Positions 45,909 to 60,103 of a stretch of DNA of 64,000 bases are shown in pieces. The stretch spans positions 4,092,001-4,156,000 of the forward strand of contig NC_047076.1 of NCBI RefSeq assembly GCF_902459465.1. Direction: 5' to 3'. Both the position numbers and the translations under genes were made by a program. This stretch comes from Asterias rubens. Lineage: Eukaryota. The notes under the pieces were generated by a model. That model was given only the letters and a program-made list of their open reading frames with translations. It made no database searches and was not told the DNA's origin. How positions within the stretch are numbered: position 1 is the stretch's first letter; the number at the start of each line of letters is the position of its first letter.

Positions 45909-48886
45909 CAAGGGCGTCGATGGGTGGGGGACGGGGGGGACATGTCCCCCCCCCCCCCACTTTTTAGACTGGGGGGGGGGGACACAGCATATCAGATGTC
46001 CCCCCCACTTTTTGATTGACTGTTCGTTAGAAATATGCAACAAAATGTAAACATTCATAATATACACAATTTGCTTGATTTAATATTTCCTTACAATTTT
46101 TGTTAAAATAAAAGAATAGGCCTAGCGAACAAACGGTGAAATGTTTTCTGCACTTTCATCTTTTTCTGATGGACCACGCGCAGAATGGTATTTTGGGTCT
46201 ATTTCCGTTTCTACAGTACAGACAATAGACGACAAGTTTCGTCCAAGACATGAACGCCAAATTAGCTTTCAAGTTATGCGTCGTTTGTTGTGTACGACGT
46301 ATGCTATAATGTGCGGTACACGATCCCTCCTCAAAGAAAGTGTGTGCGCGCACGTGCAAATGTATTACATTTTGTTACAATCGCACAACGCACAAAATGT
46401 TAGTAAAATCAATTAAAATAAACAGGGGGAGCAGTTTGGGCCATGACAAGATTATTTTGTCGAAGACCTTCAAGCTGCCAAACGATAAACGCTCACGCTG
46501 GCCTCCCAAAGCTTTTCTAAAATGGATCTTAGAAAACTCTTCTCAGTGGCTACGTCCCAACAGGAACAGGATGAACATGATGCCCAAAGACAAAGTGAAA
46601 TTGGTGAGATTGAGAAAGAACAAGGTGAATGTGTTCGAACGTTGAGATAGAGACTACTGCTGAACAGTTCCCCAATCAACCTTATCAACCTGATGATGTG
46701 AGTTGCATCTCAGTTCAAACACTCCAGAACCGTAAGCTTAAGTTTCAGCACAAGTGGTTCAAAGACTTCCCATGGCTTCATTTCGATCAGAGCATAGGTG
46801 GGGTACTTTGCCACTGTTGTACTAGTGCTTCTCGGCAAAATCTTACTCAGCTTGCCCGCTGTTCAGATGAGGCTTTTGTGTCAAAGGGATTTCGCAACTG
46901 GAAGAAGAGCACAGAGAAATTTAGACAACATGAAAAGTCGACCACTCACAAGGTTGCTTCTGAAAATCTAAAATTTCGAAGAATCCAAACTGATATCAAT
47001 GTGCAACTCGACTCTAGACTTCGAGAAGAACAACATACCGCACGGTCAGCTCTTCTAAAGATCATTACCTCATTGCAGTTTTTAGCCCAACAGGGTCTTG
47101 CCATTAGAGGAAAAGATGCGTTGGATGGTAACTTCCAGAAACTATTGCAGTTGCGGGCTGATGATGATGACAATCTGAAAAGATGGCTAACAAGGAAGAC
47201 TACTTTTACAGGTGGTGACATTCAGAACGAAATTTTGCAGTTAATGGGCCATGCTGTTTTGAGGGATATCTGCAGTGATGTGAACAAAATGTCTACACAG
47301 TTTGGAATCATAATTGATGGAACGCAAGACATTCAGGGCAATGAACAGGAGAGTGTGTGCGTGCGTTATGTTGATGATTCGTTTGTTGTTCAGGAGGAAA
47401 TGCTAGGCCTCTACCAGGTTTCCTAAACAACTGGGGAATCACTTTCTAAGATGCTGCAGGATGCTCTGATACGACTGCAACTGCCTATAGAACACCTTAG
47501 AGCACAAACGTATGACGGGGCAAGCAACATGTCTGGAAAATACAAAGGATGTCAAGCAGAGATTAAAAAAATACAACCGATGGCAAGTTACTTTCACTGC
47601 GGAGCCCATGTGACACACCTCATCACTTCCAAAGCACTGCAAACTGCACCATATATAAGGAATGCCCTTGGATATGTACAGGAACTCGGCAACCTATATA
47701 ACAGCTCTGGAAAGTTCAAACACCTGTACTTGAATCTACATTCTGCTGACACTGATAATCCTTCCCCTACAAGACTAAAGCCAATATGCCCAACTCGCTG
47801 GTTAACGCATTCAGCTGCAGTTAAATCGGTTTTGCAGAATTTTGAAGCCGTATTGGACGCCCTTCATGAAGCAGCTGAAGACTTTGGGGCAAACACTTCA
47901 TCAAGAGCTAGCGGCCTTCATAGTTGTCTTTCGTCTGGAAAATGCATTCTTGGATTGTTTACAGCTTTACCTGTTATCCAGTGCCTTGAACACTTTAACA
48001 GGGCTCTCCAAGGAACAGATAAGACAGTTTCTGGGATGCTTGATGCAGCAGAAGTAACAAGGCGTAATCTACTCACCCTTCGTTGTGACCAACAATTTAG
48101 GGAGGTCTTTGAAGCAACATAACAACTACTCATACAGTGCAACCTAGAACCAGTAACTCTTCCACGTAAGCGCAAACTTCCAAAAAGACACGATGATGGA
48201 GCTACCCAAGAGTACACTGCCAACTCTGCAGAGGAATTGTACAGAGTGGATTTCTTCAAGGTCATTGACAGTGCAATTTCTAACTTAAAAGACTACTTCA
48301 CATCCACTGACCTCATCTTGTATAAGGACTTAAGCGACGTGCTACTTACTGGGTCCGTTCAGCCACATACAATTCGTAAGTATCCTGAACTCACAGATTC
48401 TCTACAGCAACAATTGGCCTTCTTTCGGAATCAGTTTAGTGGATCATCCGTTGAGGACTACCGAAAGATCTTTTTGGCAATGGTGCCGGAAGTCCGTAGA
48501 ATGTTCCCTCAAGTTGAACAGTTGCTCAGGCTTCTTCTCATCTCCCCAGCAAGTTCATGTGTAGCTGAACGTTCATTCAATGCTCTACGACGCATGAAAA
48601 CATGGTTGCGAAGTACTATGACTCAGAAACGTCTTAACCATCTCATGGTCTGCCGCGTACATCGAGACCGACTGGCAGCAGTAAATCCTCAAGCCATTGC
48701 ACAGGAATTTCTACTCAAGTCAGCTGATACACGCGGTAGAATTTTTGGTAAATTCTAAGGTAAATTCAGTGTTATTATTTTTTATTTTAAAAACAAAATA
48801 TAAATTAAAATAAAAGAAAATCGACATTTATTTTCAAGACTTGCTCGCCCGTCCCCCCTACTTTTCAGTAGCGATCGACGCCCTTG
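45909..48886 (+). mobile_element. Full-length hAT DNA transposon (ZMYM1/Tip100-like), 2978 bp
   Basis: Perfect 13-bp TIR CAAGGGCGTCGAT / ATCGACGCCCTTG; perfect 8-bp TSD CGGACTAT (45901-45908, 48887-48894); internal transposase. Confidence 0.93.
46522..48758 (+). pseudogene. hAT transposase, disrupted
   Basis: TTF-type zinc finger (WFKDFPWLH..CHCC), IIDGTQD, YDGASNM, HCGAH, TRW and C-terminal AERSFNALRRMKTWLRSTMTQKRL. In-frame TAA at 47424-47426 and 48120-48122; probable 2-nt frameshift near 46630. Start uncertain. Confidence 0.88.
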
Positions 48887-50259
48887 CGGACTATGATCGA
48901 GTTCTCGGTTGCCATAACCAATGGTTCACACCCGTGACCCTAGAGATTTTCAAGTTGAATATTTCGTAAACATGAAGATTTTAAAAAAACTCTTGCTAGT
49001 TTCGAATTCAGACAATGGTGGGGTTAAAGCCTAGTGCCTCAGTTTATTCCTGTTTTGAGGTTAGACTACGTTAACGATAACGACACATTTCCCAATTGAT
49101 TCAAAAGGTAAACGTTTTTGTGGAACTAGTAACAGCGCCCTCTCTATTACTATACAATGATCAGCTGAATTGGGAAACTAAAATCATTCTCCGGTTGAAT
49201 TGCTGGCGATTTAATTGGTAGTGAGTTTTAACTCACTCACAGTTATGTAACACAGTTTCTTTTCCTTTTTCATGAGTTCATACCCTCCCCTCCCACTAAA
49301 TAAACCCCACATCATACGCAATGCAAAGTTCTAAATAATTACGATAAAATTTTTAACAACTCACAGTTACAAAAGGGAAAACAGTATCAATCAATTGATT
49401 CTTTACCGTCTGCTCAATTTGAGTAATTCTCCCTCAAAATATAACCACCCTCACCCCCCTGTGAAAGCACCAATCTTGAAAACTGAGTTACCCTCCACCT
49501 TTGGACAAAAAAGGACCATTATTTCAGAGCAGCGAAGGTCATGCAAAATACCTCAAGTGGGAAGGCAACAACCCCCAGGTCACAATATTGGTAACTGTCA
49601 CCCCTACCACCACCACCCCCACCCCCTCCCCCACCAAAGCTCCCAAAGTTGTTAGAGCGCACAAAACATGGATTCACAACCGCAGGGCCAAGCTTCATAG
49701 AGCTGCTTATGAGCACAAAGTAGCTAAGCACAAACAAATTATTCTTACCAGAGCAGGGATTACCAGCCAATACTGTCACATGTCAAATGGCATGCCTATC
49801 CTACTCATGTTCTCTAAGCAGAAATTGGAAATTTGACCCAGAATAAATTCTTAAAATGAAATTGCGACTTAGGCCTTTTCGAATCCATGGCTTCGGCTTT
49901 GGATTATGCTTCGGCTTCGTTCTCGCATGCACTGAGCATGCACGCAACACGCGCACTTGTCAGAACAATGCCGTGGTTTCGAAAAGGGCCTTCGGCTTCC
50001 CAAGTGGTGGCGCTCTTTGAAAGGATTCGGTTTTTCACGCACGTGCCATCTACATACTCTGACATAATGCATACAATAGCACACACGACCAGCTGTGTAC
50101 ATTGTGTGTTGATGTTTGACAGGCATAATAATGCACGCGGTCGTACTACGATGTGTCCAACAACATAAGCTGCGATTATCATGTACCTGTTGGCTTCTAA
50201 TTCAAGATTCTTTTGGAGATTAGCTCGCTGATATCTTAAAGGCTTCCCCTGTGAGTAGA

Positions 50260-53200
50260 ATGCCGGTTCGTCGGGGCCATGTGGCTCCTCCGAACACCTT
50301 TATTGAGACAATTATACGCAAGTTTGACGGGCAGAGTAAGTAGAAAATATATTCTCACTCATCAGACAACTTTCAATTTAAAATGGTTGTCTGTGTCGGT
50401 GTGTGTGCATGATGACTAGCCGGACGTATTGTTTTTGTGGGCATACTGTGTATCATTATGGCATTGGCTTGGTAGTGTTGACCAGGGTTTGACTCATTGA
50501 TAAGTAGAATGCTGTGCCAACCACCACTTTTATCTATCCACTTGTTGTGATTCGGAAATGATTTTCTGTCTGGTCACAAAATTGTGGTTGGATTAATCAA
50601 TGATTAACTTATCAATCTGGTCGAAGAAGAAGGTACACTTTTGGTTAGTGAATAGTGATGATCAGTTAAAAATGTGACTGTCAGTGTCATTTATAATTAA
50701 AAAAATTATGGACAAGTCAATACAATAACAATGTTTACCCCCTTGAATTAAATGGTAAATTTTCCATTTTTATCCTGCCACCACTTTTGCACTAATTTTT
50801 ACAAAAAAGTTGAGTAAATGTTATTTGATAACAAATGAAAAAGTGTTGGCATCATCCGATTGTTGAACATAACTGATTTATTGGCACTTTCAGCAACGCC
50901 TATTAAGTAATGACTTTTATACGCACAAATTACTGTTTTGTTGACTGATAACATTTAAGAAATATTTCTCTGGAGAATTGGTCCTGTCATGTATGTGGTT
51001 CTCTAAAAATTAGTTAATTTACTTACTTTCAACGAACAATTTTTTTTTTAGAAAGAACCAGGTAGCATTGATTATGTAAGCTTTATGATAATTTAGGCAT
51101 AAATAAAATGAAAATTGTGAATGTTATATGGCCTGACATTTTGACCCTCTTTATCAAAGGCAATTTTCTTTTATATCATTACCATAGGTCCTTTAGTTTG
51201 TAGGTAGTTTGCGATCAGCTGATTCTATTTTCTCAATATTTTTAATTGCTAATCTTGTGATGACGTTAATACTCTTTTAGAGCATCGTGTGTAATAAAAC
51301 CACATCTCCCATGAGGTTAAATAGTGTATTCTTGGCCTAATGTATTCGTATTGTACATGTTTCCAAGAACTTGGGGACACATGCATTGGCGCAGCTGGGT
51401 ATTTAAGTACAGGCGAAGGGTTCATTCTGCCAAGATGCACATGCTTGTGGATGGAAGGTTTAAAGGCACTGGACACTTGGATATTACTCAAAATAAATAT
51501 TTGCATAAAAACTTACCTGGTCACAAGCAATGGCAAGCTGTTTATAGTACAACATATTGTGATAAACGGCTTTCTCTGTAGTCGCCTGGTTTTTGAGAAA
51601 GAGGTAGTTTCTCACTCAAATAACAAAAGACTTCAGGCCTGATGCTTTTCATTAGGCATCTGAAAGCACTGAAACTTGTGCAACAAATTTATTCTCTTGC
51701 AACTTTTATGACAAATTATGTCAACATTTTCATAACATTTGTTATTTTTTTGCTTTTATTTTGGACACACCAGGTAGGAATATACTGGTCTCTGACAATT
51801 ACCAAAGGTGTCCAGTGCCGTTAAGGTTTGAATACAAAATTTCCGCAGGGAAAAATACAAACAAAAAAACTGAAAAAAGGATGCACGTGCTTTGATGTAC
51901 TTGTCAGTCAATTTGCTTGAAGCACTGATCCTGACATCAACAGAGTTCCTGATCATTAAGTCGAATAGGCGCCAAGAGTGTACTGTATTTTTAGTGTATT
52001 TTTCAACATACATGTAGAGTACCAAGAATGATTATGCCTGGAAGGTGCTCTCATGCCTAAGATTTCGTGGAAGTCTTGGTTTGTTTTTCTAAAGGGGCTA
52101 TAGTTCTCCCTAATCCTCCATTGATTTTTTGTACCTGGGTTTTCACAGCTCTGGGGTAAAAAGGTATTTTTTTAATAAAACTATAAAGAGACACGTAAGT
52201 GATTTTGTTTTGTTTCTATATTATAGGGAAAAAAATTACAATATGAGCAATTTAATGTACCAATATATTTGAATTAAACTGCTGCTTGAAAAGAACTCTC
52301 CGGTTTTGAACTTAATTCCCCTTTGTAGGGAAAAATATTGTGATTCATTCCATTTAAGGTACAGACAAATTACACAATTTAGAAAGTCGATCAAATAAAT
52401 ATTACTGATACATTTAAATCTGAAAAGTTTCTAAATTATTATACCAAACCAATCCTCAAGATGTCACTCTGAAATACAATAACAGTATGAGTCAAAGACA
52501 ATAGCTAACTCCATAAATTAATTTTCCCCATTTCTTGATTATTTAGGTTTATTTATTCGACCTTATTTACCCTTCTCTTGGTTGTATACAAACAGGAAAA
52601 TTGAAGGAATGATTTAATTTGGGAAACAGTCACTTTAATACAATCATATTAAAGGTTGTTAGAATTGCACCTCAAATTCCTGACAAAAACATAAACTAGT
52701 TTACATTGTTTTCTTGGAATGGTGACCAATTTGATGAAATTTATCATGATGTGCTACACGTTTTTAGATTGTGTTGATCGTTAAAGGGTATTATGTACTT
52801 TTTCCTAACAAAAAACACAATGTCCACAGATTTACATTTTAACTTACACAGTTTGAAGATTATGATAGTAGAAAGCTTCCCTTGAAATTTTACTTACTGA
52901 GGTGCTGTAGTTTTTGATAAATGAGTAAAAGTAATAATTTTCGTCTCAGTTTTAGCATGTAAAAACGTATTAACCAGTTATGCTATGGTTTTGGTATAAT
53001 ATCAGAACTGGTTAAAGGGATTTTTCATGCTAAAATAATTTTGGTCTCATGAGACCAAAATTATTTTGTGACTTGTTTTACTCATTTCTCAAAGACTACA
53101 CAACCTTAGTTAGTAATATTTGAAGGGAAGCTTTCCACTATCATTATCTTCAAACCCTGTAAGTTTAATGTAAATCTGTGGACATTTTGAAAGAGTACCC

Positions 53201-53520
53201 GAATCCTTTAAATGGTTTGAGAATAACTTTTGATGTACATTTGTGGTGAGCACCAATGATGATGACTTTGGTATTAATTTTTGTTTCAGATCGTAATTTT
53301 ATCATCGCCAATACTCAAGTCGAGGGTTGTGCCATTATTTTCTGCAACGATGGATTCTGTGAACTTTCCGGATACTCCCGTGCTGAGCTTATGCAGCGAC
53401 CTTGCTCCTGCGTCTTCCTTCATGGTGTTGGTACCAGCCAAGATGCTGTACAGGAGATACAAGAAGCTTTGGATAAGGGTGATGAGCACCAGGTGGAGAT
53501 TACATACTACAGGAAAGATG
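50260..53520 (+). CDS. ERG-subfamily voltage-gated K+ channel (KCNH2/6/7-like), exons 1-2 (PAS/eag domain), 3' partial
   Basis: Exon 50260-50335 [25 protein letters not shown]; exon 53290-53520 [51 protein letters not shown], phases match. No further exon recognised before the window end. Confidence 0.92.
51457..51824. mobile_element. MITE family A variant
   Basis: TTAAAGGCACTGGACAC..GTGTCCAGTGCCGTTAA; related copies at ~27590-27890 and ~34973-35230. Confidence 0.65.
52781..53212. mobile_element. TTAA-flanked MITE family E
   Basis: TTAAAGG..ATGTCCACAGATTTACATT / AATGTAAATCTGTGGACAT..CCTTTAA; fragment at ~41400-41540. Confidence 0.65.
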
Positions 53521-53591
53521 GTAAGTGTACTATAATTATAGAAAAATTCGTCAAGATGGCCAGGAATACAGTACGAGGGGCCATTCCTTCA

Positions 53592-53918
53592 AAGACACTG
53601 GACACTATTGGTAATTGTGAAATTTGAACTCAATTGGTTGTTGAATTTGCAAGATAATAATGGAAGAAAAAACACCCTTGTCACACAAAGTTGTGTGCTT
53701 TCAGATGCTTGATTGCGGGACCTCAAAATCTAATTGTGAGGTCTCTAAATAGAATTCGTCGAAAATTACTTTTTTCATCGAAAAACTATGTTACTGCAGA
53801 GGAAGACGTTTCTCACAATGTTTTATACTATCAACAGCTCTCCATTGCTTGTTACCAAGTAAGTTTTTATACTAAAAATTATTTTTGAGTAGTTGCCAAT
53901 AGTGTCCATTGCCTTTAA
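53592..53918. mobile_element. MITE family A copy
   Basis: Shared body and TIRs. Confidence 0.75.
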
Positions 53919-54183
53919 ACTGTATAACATACTCTAATCAAGAACATTGGGTGTAGACAACACTTATTCTCACAGCAGGTCTCACAGAGAATAATATGAC
54001 TGGAACAGTCTGCCACAGTTAGTAAATGTCAAGACAGTGTCCATGTTTAAGAAAGAGGTACTGGAAGAAAAATATGATAGGATATAGGGTCTCAAATGCA
54101 GTAGCCTAAATAATTTTCCCATCAATTGTGAGTTACTTAGGCTATACATGTAAGTAATTAATATCAGGGAGTCCGCCAACATA

Positions 54184-54322
54184 GGGCTATAGCTCAGTTG
54201 GTAGAGCACTGGCTTGTTAATCTGGAGGTCTTCGGTTCAAGTCCAACTCTTGTAAGTTTTTTCTTTGTTCAATCCCAAATCATTAAAATAAAAATTACCC
54301 AGTCAGTTTCCCTTGTGGTTTA
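54184..54322 (+). mobile_element. tRNA-derived SINE (GGGCTATAGCTCAGTTGGTAGAGC head)
   Basis: A and B boxes present but cloverleaf stems broken; tail AATTACCCAGTCAGTTTCCCTTGTGG shared with 61834-61978 (+) and 61745-61817 (-). Confidence 0.7.
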
Positions 54323-54524
54323 AGCACCTTTTTGTTAAGATCTGAGTACTTTAAAGTGATCAAACTAATGGAACTACTACAACAGATTACATTTGATACA
54401 GAAAAGTTTTAAGAGATTTCTTGAACATTGACAGAGAAGTTCAATTTTTGAATGGATACTGGGAGGTTGTTCAACATTTAGGGAGCAACATGGGTGAACG
54501 TCCGGTTGTGAGCAGATGAAACAT

Positions 54525-54730
54525 TAGGGACTTTTCGTTTTCGACGACGGATGGTTCTGCGACGGTTGTTCAGCTAAACGTTGTCGTTTTCAGCACAACG
54601 AAGATTCATCCAAAGTACTGTCGTAGAAATTGAGGGACGACCGTCCTCAAAGCCGACGCATGCGCAGATGACGCCAAATGTCATCTTACCCGTCGCAGAA
54701 CCATCCGTCGTCGAAAACGAAATGTCCCTA
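54525..54730. mobile_element. 206-bp MITE with ~40-bp TIR
   Basis: TAGGGAC.TTTCGTTTTCGACGACGGATGGTTCTGCGACGG and its reverse complement. Confidence 0.8.
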
Positions 54731-56214
54731 GTGTTCAGTTAGGCGTGTGGTGTCGGAAGCTGATCACAAGCTTGAGCGTGGCGGTCGGTATAGAGCAAGG
54801 CAAGATGATAAGTAGCCCAGTGCTATAAGTAGCCCAATTCTACTACCGCGGAGTAGATTGTTCGGGTGTTTGGGAGGCTTCTTAGTTCTGAAAAGAACTG
54901 TCCTGCTTATGAACTATTAAATGTACCTGGGCAGATGATAAAGAAATGGGCTGGGACTACTACTTTAGCTTATAGGATCGTAATTCACTGTACTACCGCG
55001 GAGTCAGTTATTGGGTTTATCTCTTGCTCTAGTCATCGTCAGGAGACTGTTACCGCGAACCAAATGTATATTGATACCTCACCATGAATGCCTCAAATCC
55101 TATAAACTATGTTTTGCATGTTGCTCCCAGAAAGGGGTACACATAATCACTGAGAACGGATGGAAAGCGGGTCGGGCCATTGCTCCTCCTGTTTCAACAT
55201 TTTCTGTAGACAATCGAAGGAGGAGGAAATAGTTTTCAGCATGACTTTGCTCCCCATCCCACCACTTTTGCTGTTTCTTGTGGGATTAGGGTGATTGGGA
55301 TACATGCTATCCTAACCCCGCCCTACATTTTGGAATTTAAAATTTTGAAATTTTGAGATATTATGCTTCGAAACGAAAGAAAAACACATAAAATACAAAC
55401 AAATTTGAGGTTTAAAATTAAGAATGCTTTAAAAAAAAAATTGTTTAGAAGCTCTTCTAAGGTGAATAACCAACATGAGCTTATTAAAATACAGCACTCT
55501 TGCAAATTAACCAACACTTTGTGAAAGCAAGTGCATACAGTATTATACAGTATACGAAGCCATCCCATCCGGTACTACATGTAGTCTACTGCACACATTT
55601 GCCATGCATCATGTACGAAACACTCGTTAACATCCAACTGAGAACTGTATAATGTGGAATCATGATAGATGATGTTGTGTCTCCATCCAAACTGGTTTCA
55701 ATAAACTGCACTGTTAATCTTTGACAGATTTTTTCCACAGCAACATTTCAGAACCGCTCTGTGGATATTTAACATTTGAACTCCGTTTGATTTGCTATTA
55801 TTGGCCTAAAATTGTGTCTTTATAAACGTGCCTAATTTAGGGACAATTTCCCTTGTATAGCAGAGCGAAATGCTTCACAAAATGTATCAGTTGCTACTCA
55901 AAAGTCACAATTTACTTCTCAATATTGACATTCAGTGTGCTAAAAAAAAGTTCAGTTTAAATTTGTTGCTATGCAAAAATGCTGGACGAAATCATTCCCT
56001 GCTAATACTGTAGTCTCACGATGCAGTCAGTACTGAAAGTCAAGTGACAGCAATAGCTATAAGGACATGCTTGCTTGTAGCTTAGTTCACTGCCATGACG
56101 CCACATGTAGCTTGTATTTATAACAACTACATGGAGGTGGCACACCGCAGACTTGAAGGATAAAGTCTTTTACTTTGCATCAGAGTCATACAATGTACAA
56201 TTTGTTTATAACCA

Positions 56215-56712
56215 AGGCCTGATACCTCACGGAGGCAACGGAGGTGATTGCCTCCACATGCCCCATTTCACTGCCATGGTGCCCTTGAAATGATCCTGTA
56301 GAAATTTACAATTTCCTCATAGGATGCCCTTTTCTTGCAGAGACTATGTCTTGGTGCCCTTGCCCTTTCAAAAATGAAGCATACAGCTCTTCATTCAAAG
56401 TAGGATTGCCTCCATGCCCTCTGGTCTTTGCCTTCGTGCCCTTGAAATGCTACAGTAGAAATTAACATTTTCCTCATACATGTAGGATGCCCTTTATCGC
56501 GGAGACTATGTTTTGGTTCCCTTGCCCTTTCAAAAATGAAGCATACAGCTCTTCATTCAAAGTAGGATCGCCTCCATGCCCTCTGGTCTTTGCCTTCGTG
56601 CCCTTGAAATGCTACAGTAGAAATTAACATTTTCCTCATAGGGTGCCCTTTATTGATGAGAAAATGCCCCAGGGTGCCCTTGCCCTTTCAAAAATGAAGC
56701 ATACAGGCCTGA
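56215..56712. repeat. MITE-like element with triplicated body (~160-bp unit x3)
   Basis: GCCTCC..GTGCCCTTGAAATG..GCCCTTTCAAAAATGAAGCATACAG at ~56250, 56408 and 56570; single-body relatives at ~12430-12550 and ~29020-29390. Confidence 0.8.
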
Positions 56713-57811
56713 AACGATATTTCATATTCTCATTCACTTGTTGGCCATGATTTTCCATGAAAAAACTGTGCCATGACGTTGGCCTGTTGCACGCAGCTCA
56801 AGGATTTTGCTTGTGTACATAATTTCTAGAAAAATATAAAATTGCCTACAGGTATTTACAGCACTGCCTGTATCTGGACGTACACTCACAGTACTCGGTA
56901 TAAAGAGTCATTTTCATAATGCGGTTCAATCACTGATTCACACGGTTTGTGTAAGGCTTCGCGTGTCGAGATCAAAGTCCATTTTTATAATGGAACTCTC
57001 TCTTCTGCAACTCATTCAATATCCATTGAAGGAGTCATCAAATGGTCGGCTGATATTTAAGGGGTTGTTTTTAATAGTCACACTCCCCTTGCAGTATCGC
57101 TGTTGTACATCATTGTTTTTGTTGCCACATAGGGGTTCTTGAAATGAGTACAAGCGTGTGCAGAATTAGGTGGTGGGTGGGAGGGCTGGGGGAGGGGATT
57201 TGGGGTTAGGGCTAGGGTGTGTGGGTGTGACAGCTAGGTACACATTCCAACTGGGGAAATTGCGTCTAAAAAATTACAAACTCACTCTTTTGCTTCATTT
57301 TAGCGTAATATGTAAGCCCGAGATATGATAGAACATTTTAGATTATGTTTATCCTTTTTATAATTCATCTAGAACGTTGTGAAATTTTTAAAGTCTTTAC
57401 TGACTCGTACGATTTTGAAATTTCACCTCAAGTTTGGAGTAATGTAACCGATAAAAGGGATCCAAATATTGACAGCCCCCCCCCCCTAATCTTGGTCCAG
57501 CTATGGGTTGTGCTAAGGGGAGACCACATCGATTAAGACCTGGTCACGCTGCGGCGGTAAAACATGTGTTTACTAACTGGCCAAAAAAGTGATCCGTCTT
57601 CAGTGATTGAATTTAAACCATGGACTTTTTAGGTTGACTGTCAGACAGGATTCCTGTCTTTCAAGTGTAGGGTAAACATGCACGCCTGCTTTTAAAAGTA
57701 GAGTCTGTTTTATTGCAAAACAGAATTGTTGGGTGATGCTAGTTGGTCATCTCTCATTGATTCTATTAGCTACTGAGGCATAGTCCAATAACCATCCTCA
57801 GAGCTCGATAT

Positions 57812-58157
57812 TAAAAACACTGGACACTATTGGTAATTGTCAAAGACCAAGCTCACTTGCTGTATCTCAACATATGCATAAAATAACACACCTGTGAAAA
57901 TTTGAGCTCAATCGGTCGTCGAAGTTGCAAGATAATAATAAAAGAAAAAAAACCCACCCTTGTCAAAAGAAGTTACATGTATGTGCGTTTAGATGCTTGA
58001 TTTCGAGACCTAAAATTCTCAAAAACTACTCCACTTCAGAGGGAGCCGTTTCTCACAATTTTTTATACTACCAACCTCTCCCCATTACTCGTTAGCAAGT
58101 AAGGTTTTATGCCAATAAATATTTTCGGTAATTACCAATAGTGTCCACTACCTTTAA
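57812..58157. mobile_element. MITE family A copy
   Basis: Shared body and TIRs. Confidence 0.75.
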
Positions 58158-58387
58158 CACTGGACTGCAGGCCTGATGAGGCCAGCGATTTTAGCATCAG
58201 GCAAGTAAACTTACAACCGTATAAGTCTCTTAGTCTTGTGTTTTTAAGTAGATTTTTTGAATTCAGGAGACTTCTCATTTCTGAAAAGCACTATCCTGCT
58301 TTTTTAACTACTACCTGGGCGGAAGGTAGAAAATCAGCTGGGAATTCTTCTTAAACTTTAGTTGATGGAGGGAATGGAGTGTGTTTC

Positions 58388-58707
58388 TTAAAGCCATTAT
58401 ACACTTTCGGTAAACAGTATTGTCCAAGTCCCACACTTTGAGTGTCACAACTTATATATAAAATAACAAACCTGTTAAAATTTAGGCTCAATCGGTCATC
58501 GGAGTCGGGAGAAAATAACGGGAACACCCACTTTTGTTTCCGCACATTCGAGAATTGATATTGTTTTAATGTTTTCTCAAAAAGTAGAGCATTTCATGGA
58601 GTAATATTTGAAGAGAAGTCTTTCACCATTACCTTCTGTAAACCCTGTAAATTATTTGTAAATCTGTGAACTTTTTTTTCTGTACCAAAAGTGTATAATG
58701 GCTTTAA
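58388..58707. mobile_element. MITE family B copy, internally deleted
   Basis: TIRs and TTAA at both ends. Confidence 0.75.
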
Positions 58708-59731
58708 TTACATAGTCTTAGCGTTTCGACTAGCTTGCCCTAGTCATCGTCAGGAGACTGACATACCATCCCATAGGTAGAGGCAGAGGGCCTGACACTG
58801 ACTGACAGGGGTAATAATACTGTAAGGCACTTTGAGAAGGGTCTACTCGCTTTGTGAAGTGCATAATAAATACACATAATTACTCCGGTGGGATGGGAGT
58901 TTGAGAAACAGGTATTAGTCGTCCCTACTAGCAGGGCTCTAACTTGGGGGAGAAATCAACAGGGCTTGCCTTGTAGCTCAAAACTTTTACATGGACCAAA
59001 GAACTTGTTACAATACAAGAATGGTATAAAAATAAAAAGAACACTATCTGCAAAGTTTCAAATTTTCAAATTTGTCGTTCTCTTTTGAGAAAATATGGAA
59101 TGTCTTGATGATGAATTTGTCAAACCTTGGTTGTAATCAACGACCAATAATCAGCCTGGTGTCTTAGACTTTCTCCCCACTGTAAACAAAATGATGGCAG
59201 CCTATAGATCTCTGAGCCTCATAATCCTTGCTTGTAAAAAGAAACATTTGATGATCTGAAATTGGGGATTACACTAGAATCCCTGGGAAAAAAAGAAGAT
59301 TTGGATCCTGAATTCAAGTTCCCTTCAGCTCCCTCTTGTACAGGGGAAATGAATGGTCCTGGCATAATTATAAATCAACTGATATAACCATCTTTGTTTC
59401 TGTTTTGATTTTTTTTTATTATAACACATCATCTGTCAAGTTGTTAAAAAATGAGTTGAAGATCCAAAAGCAGTCATCTCATAATTGAAAATTAAAAAGT
59501 TCATTTAAAAAAGTACAGTCAAAACATATCCATATCATTAATTTGTCTTCTAAAGTACAGTCGGCCTGTGCAGATTACCCATTTTGATTATGGAGTTCCA
59601 TGGTATGATTAATGTATCATCAATTCAGCTATTTTCTGTCATAATCACTCTGGAAAAATATGTGGTGTACAATGTCTGAAATTCCTTCCTTTTTGGTGAT
59701 GGATGGGTTTTTTCTTTTTATGCTATTTTTC

Positions 59732-60103
59732 TTTAAGACAGTGGACACTATTGGTAATTGTCAAAGACCAGTCTTCTCAACACATGCATAAAATAACAAG
59801 CATGTGAAAATTTGAGCTTAATTGGTCATCGGAGTTGCGAGATAACTATGAAAGAAAAAACACCCTTGTCACATGAAGTTGTGTGCTTTCAGGTGCTTGA
59901 TTTCGAGACCTCAAATTCTAAACATGAGGTCTCGAAATCAAACTCGTGGAAATTACTTCTTTCTCGAAAACTACGTCACTTCAGAGGGAGCCGTTTCCCA
60001 CAACGTTTTATACTATCAACCTCTCCCCATTACTCATCACCAAGTAAGGTTTTATGCTAATAATTATTTTGATTAATTACCAATAGTGCCCACTGCCTTT
60101 TAA
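59732..60103. mobile_element. MITE family A copy
   Basis: Shared body and TIRs. Confidence 0.78.

Noticed and set aside
54184-54255. tRNA gene
   Set aside because: Acceptor and anticodon stems do not pair and the 3' tail is shared with other dispersed copies, so it is a SINE head.
58170-58205. CTGATGAGGCC hammerhead-like core
   Set aside because: No stem II closure or GAAA; resembles MITE-internal CAGGCCTGATG sequence.
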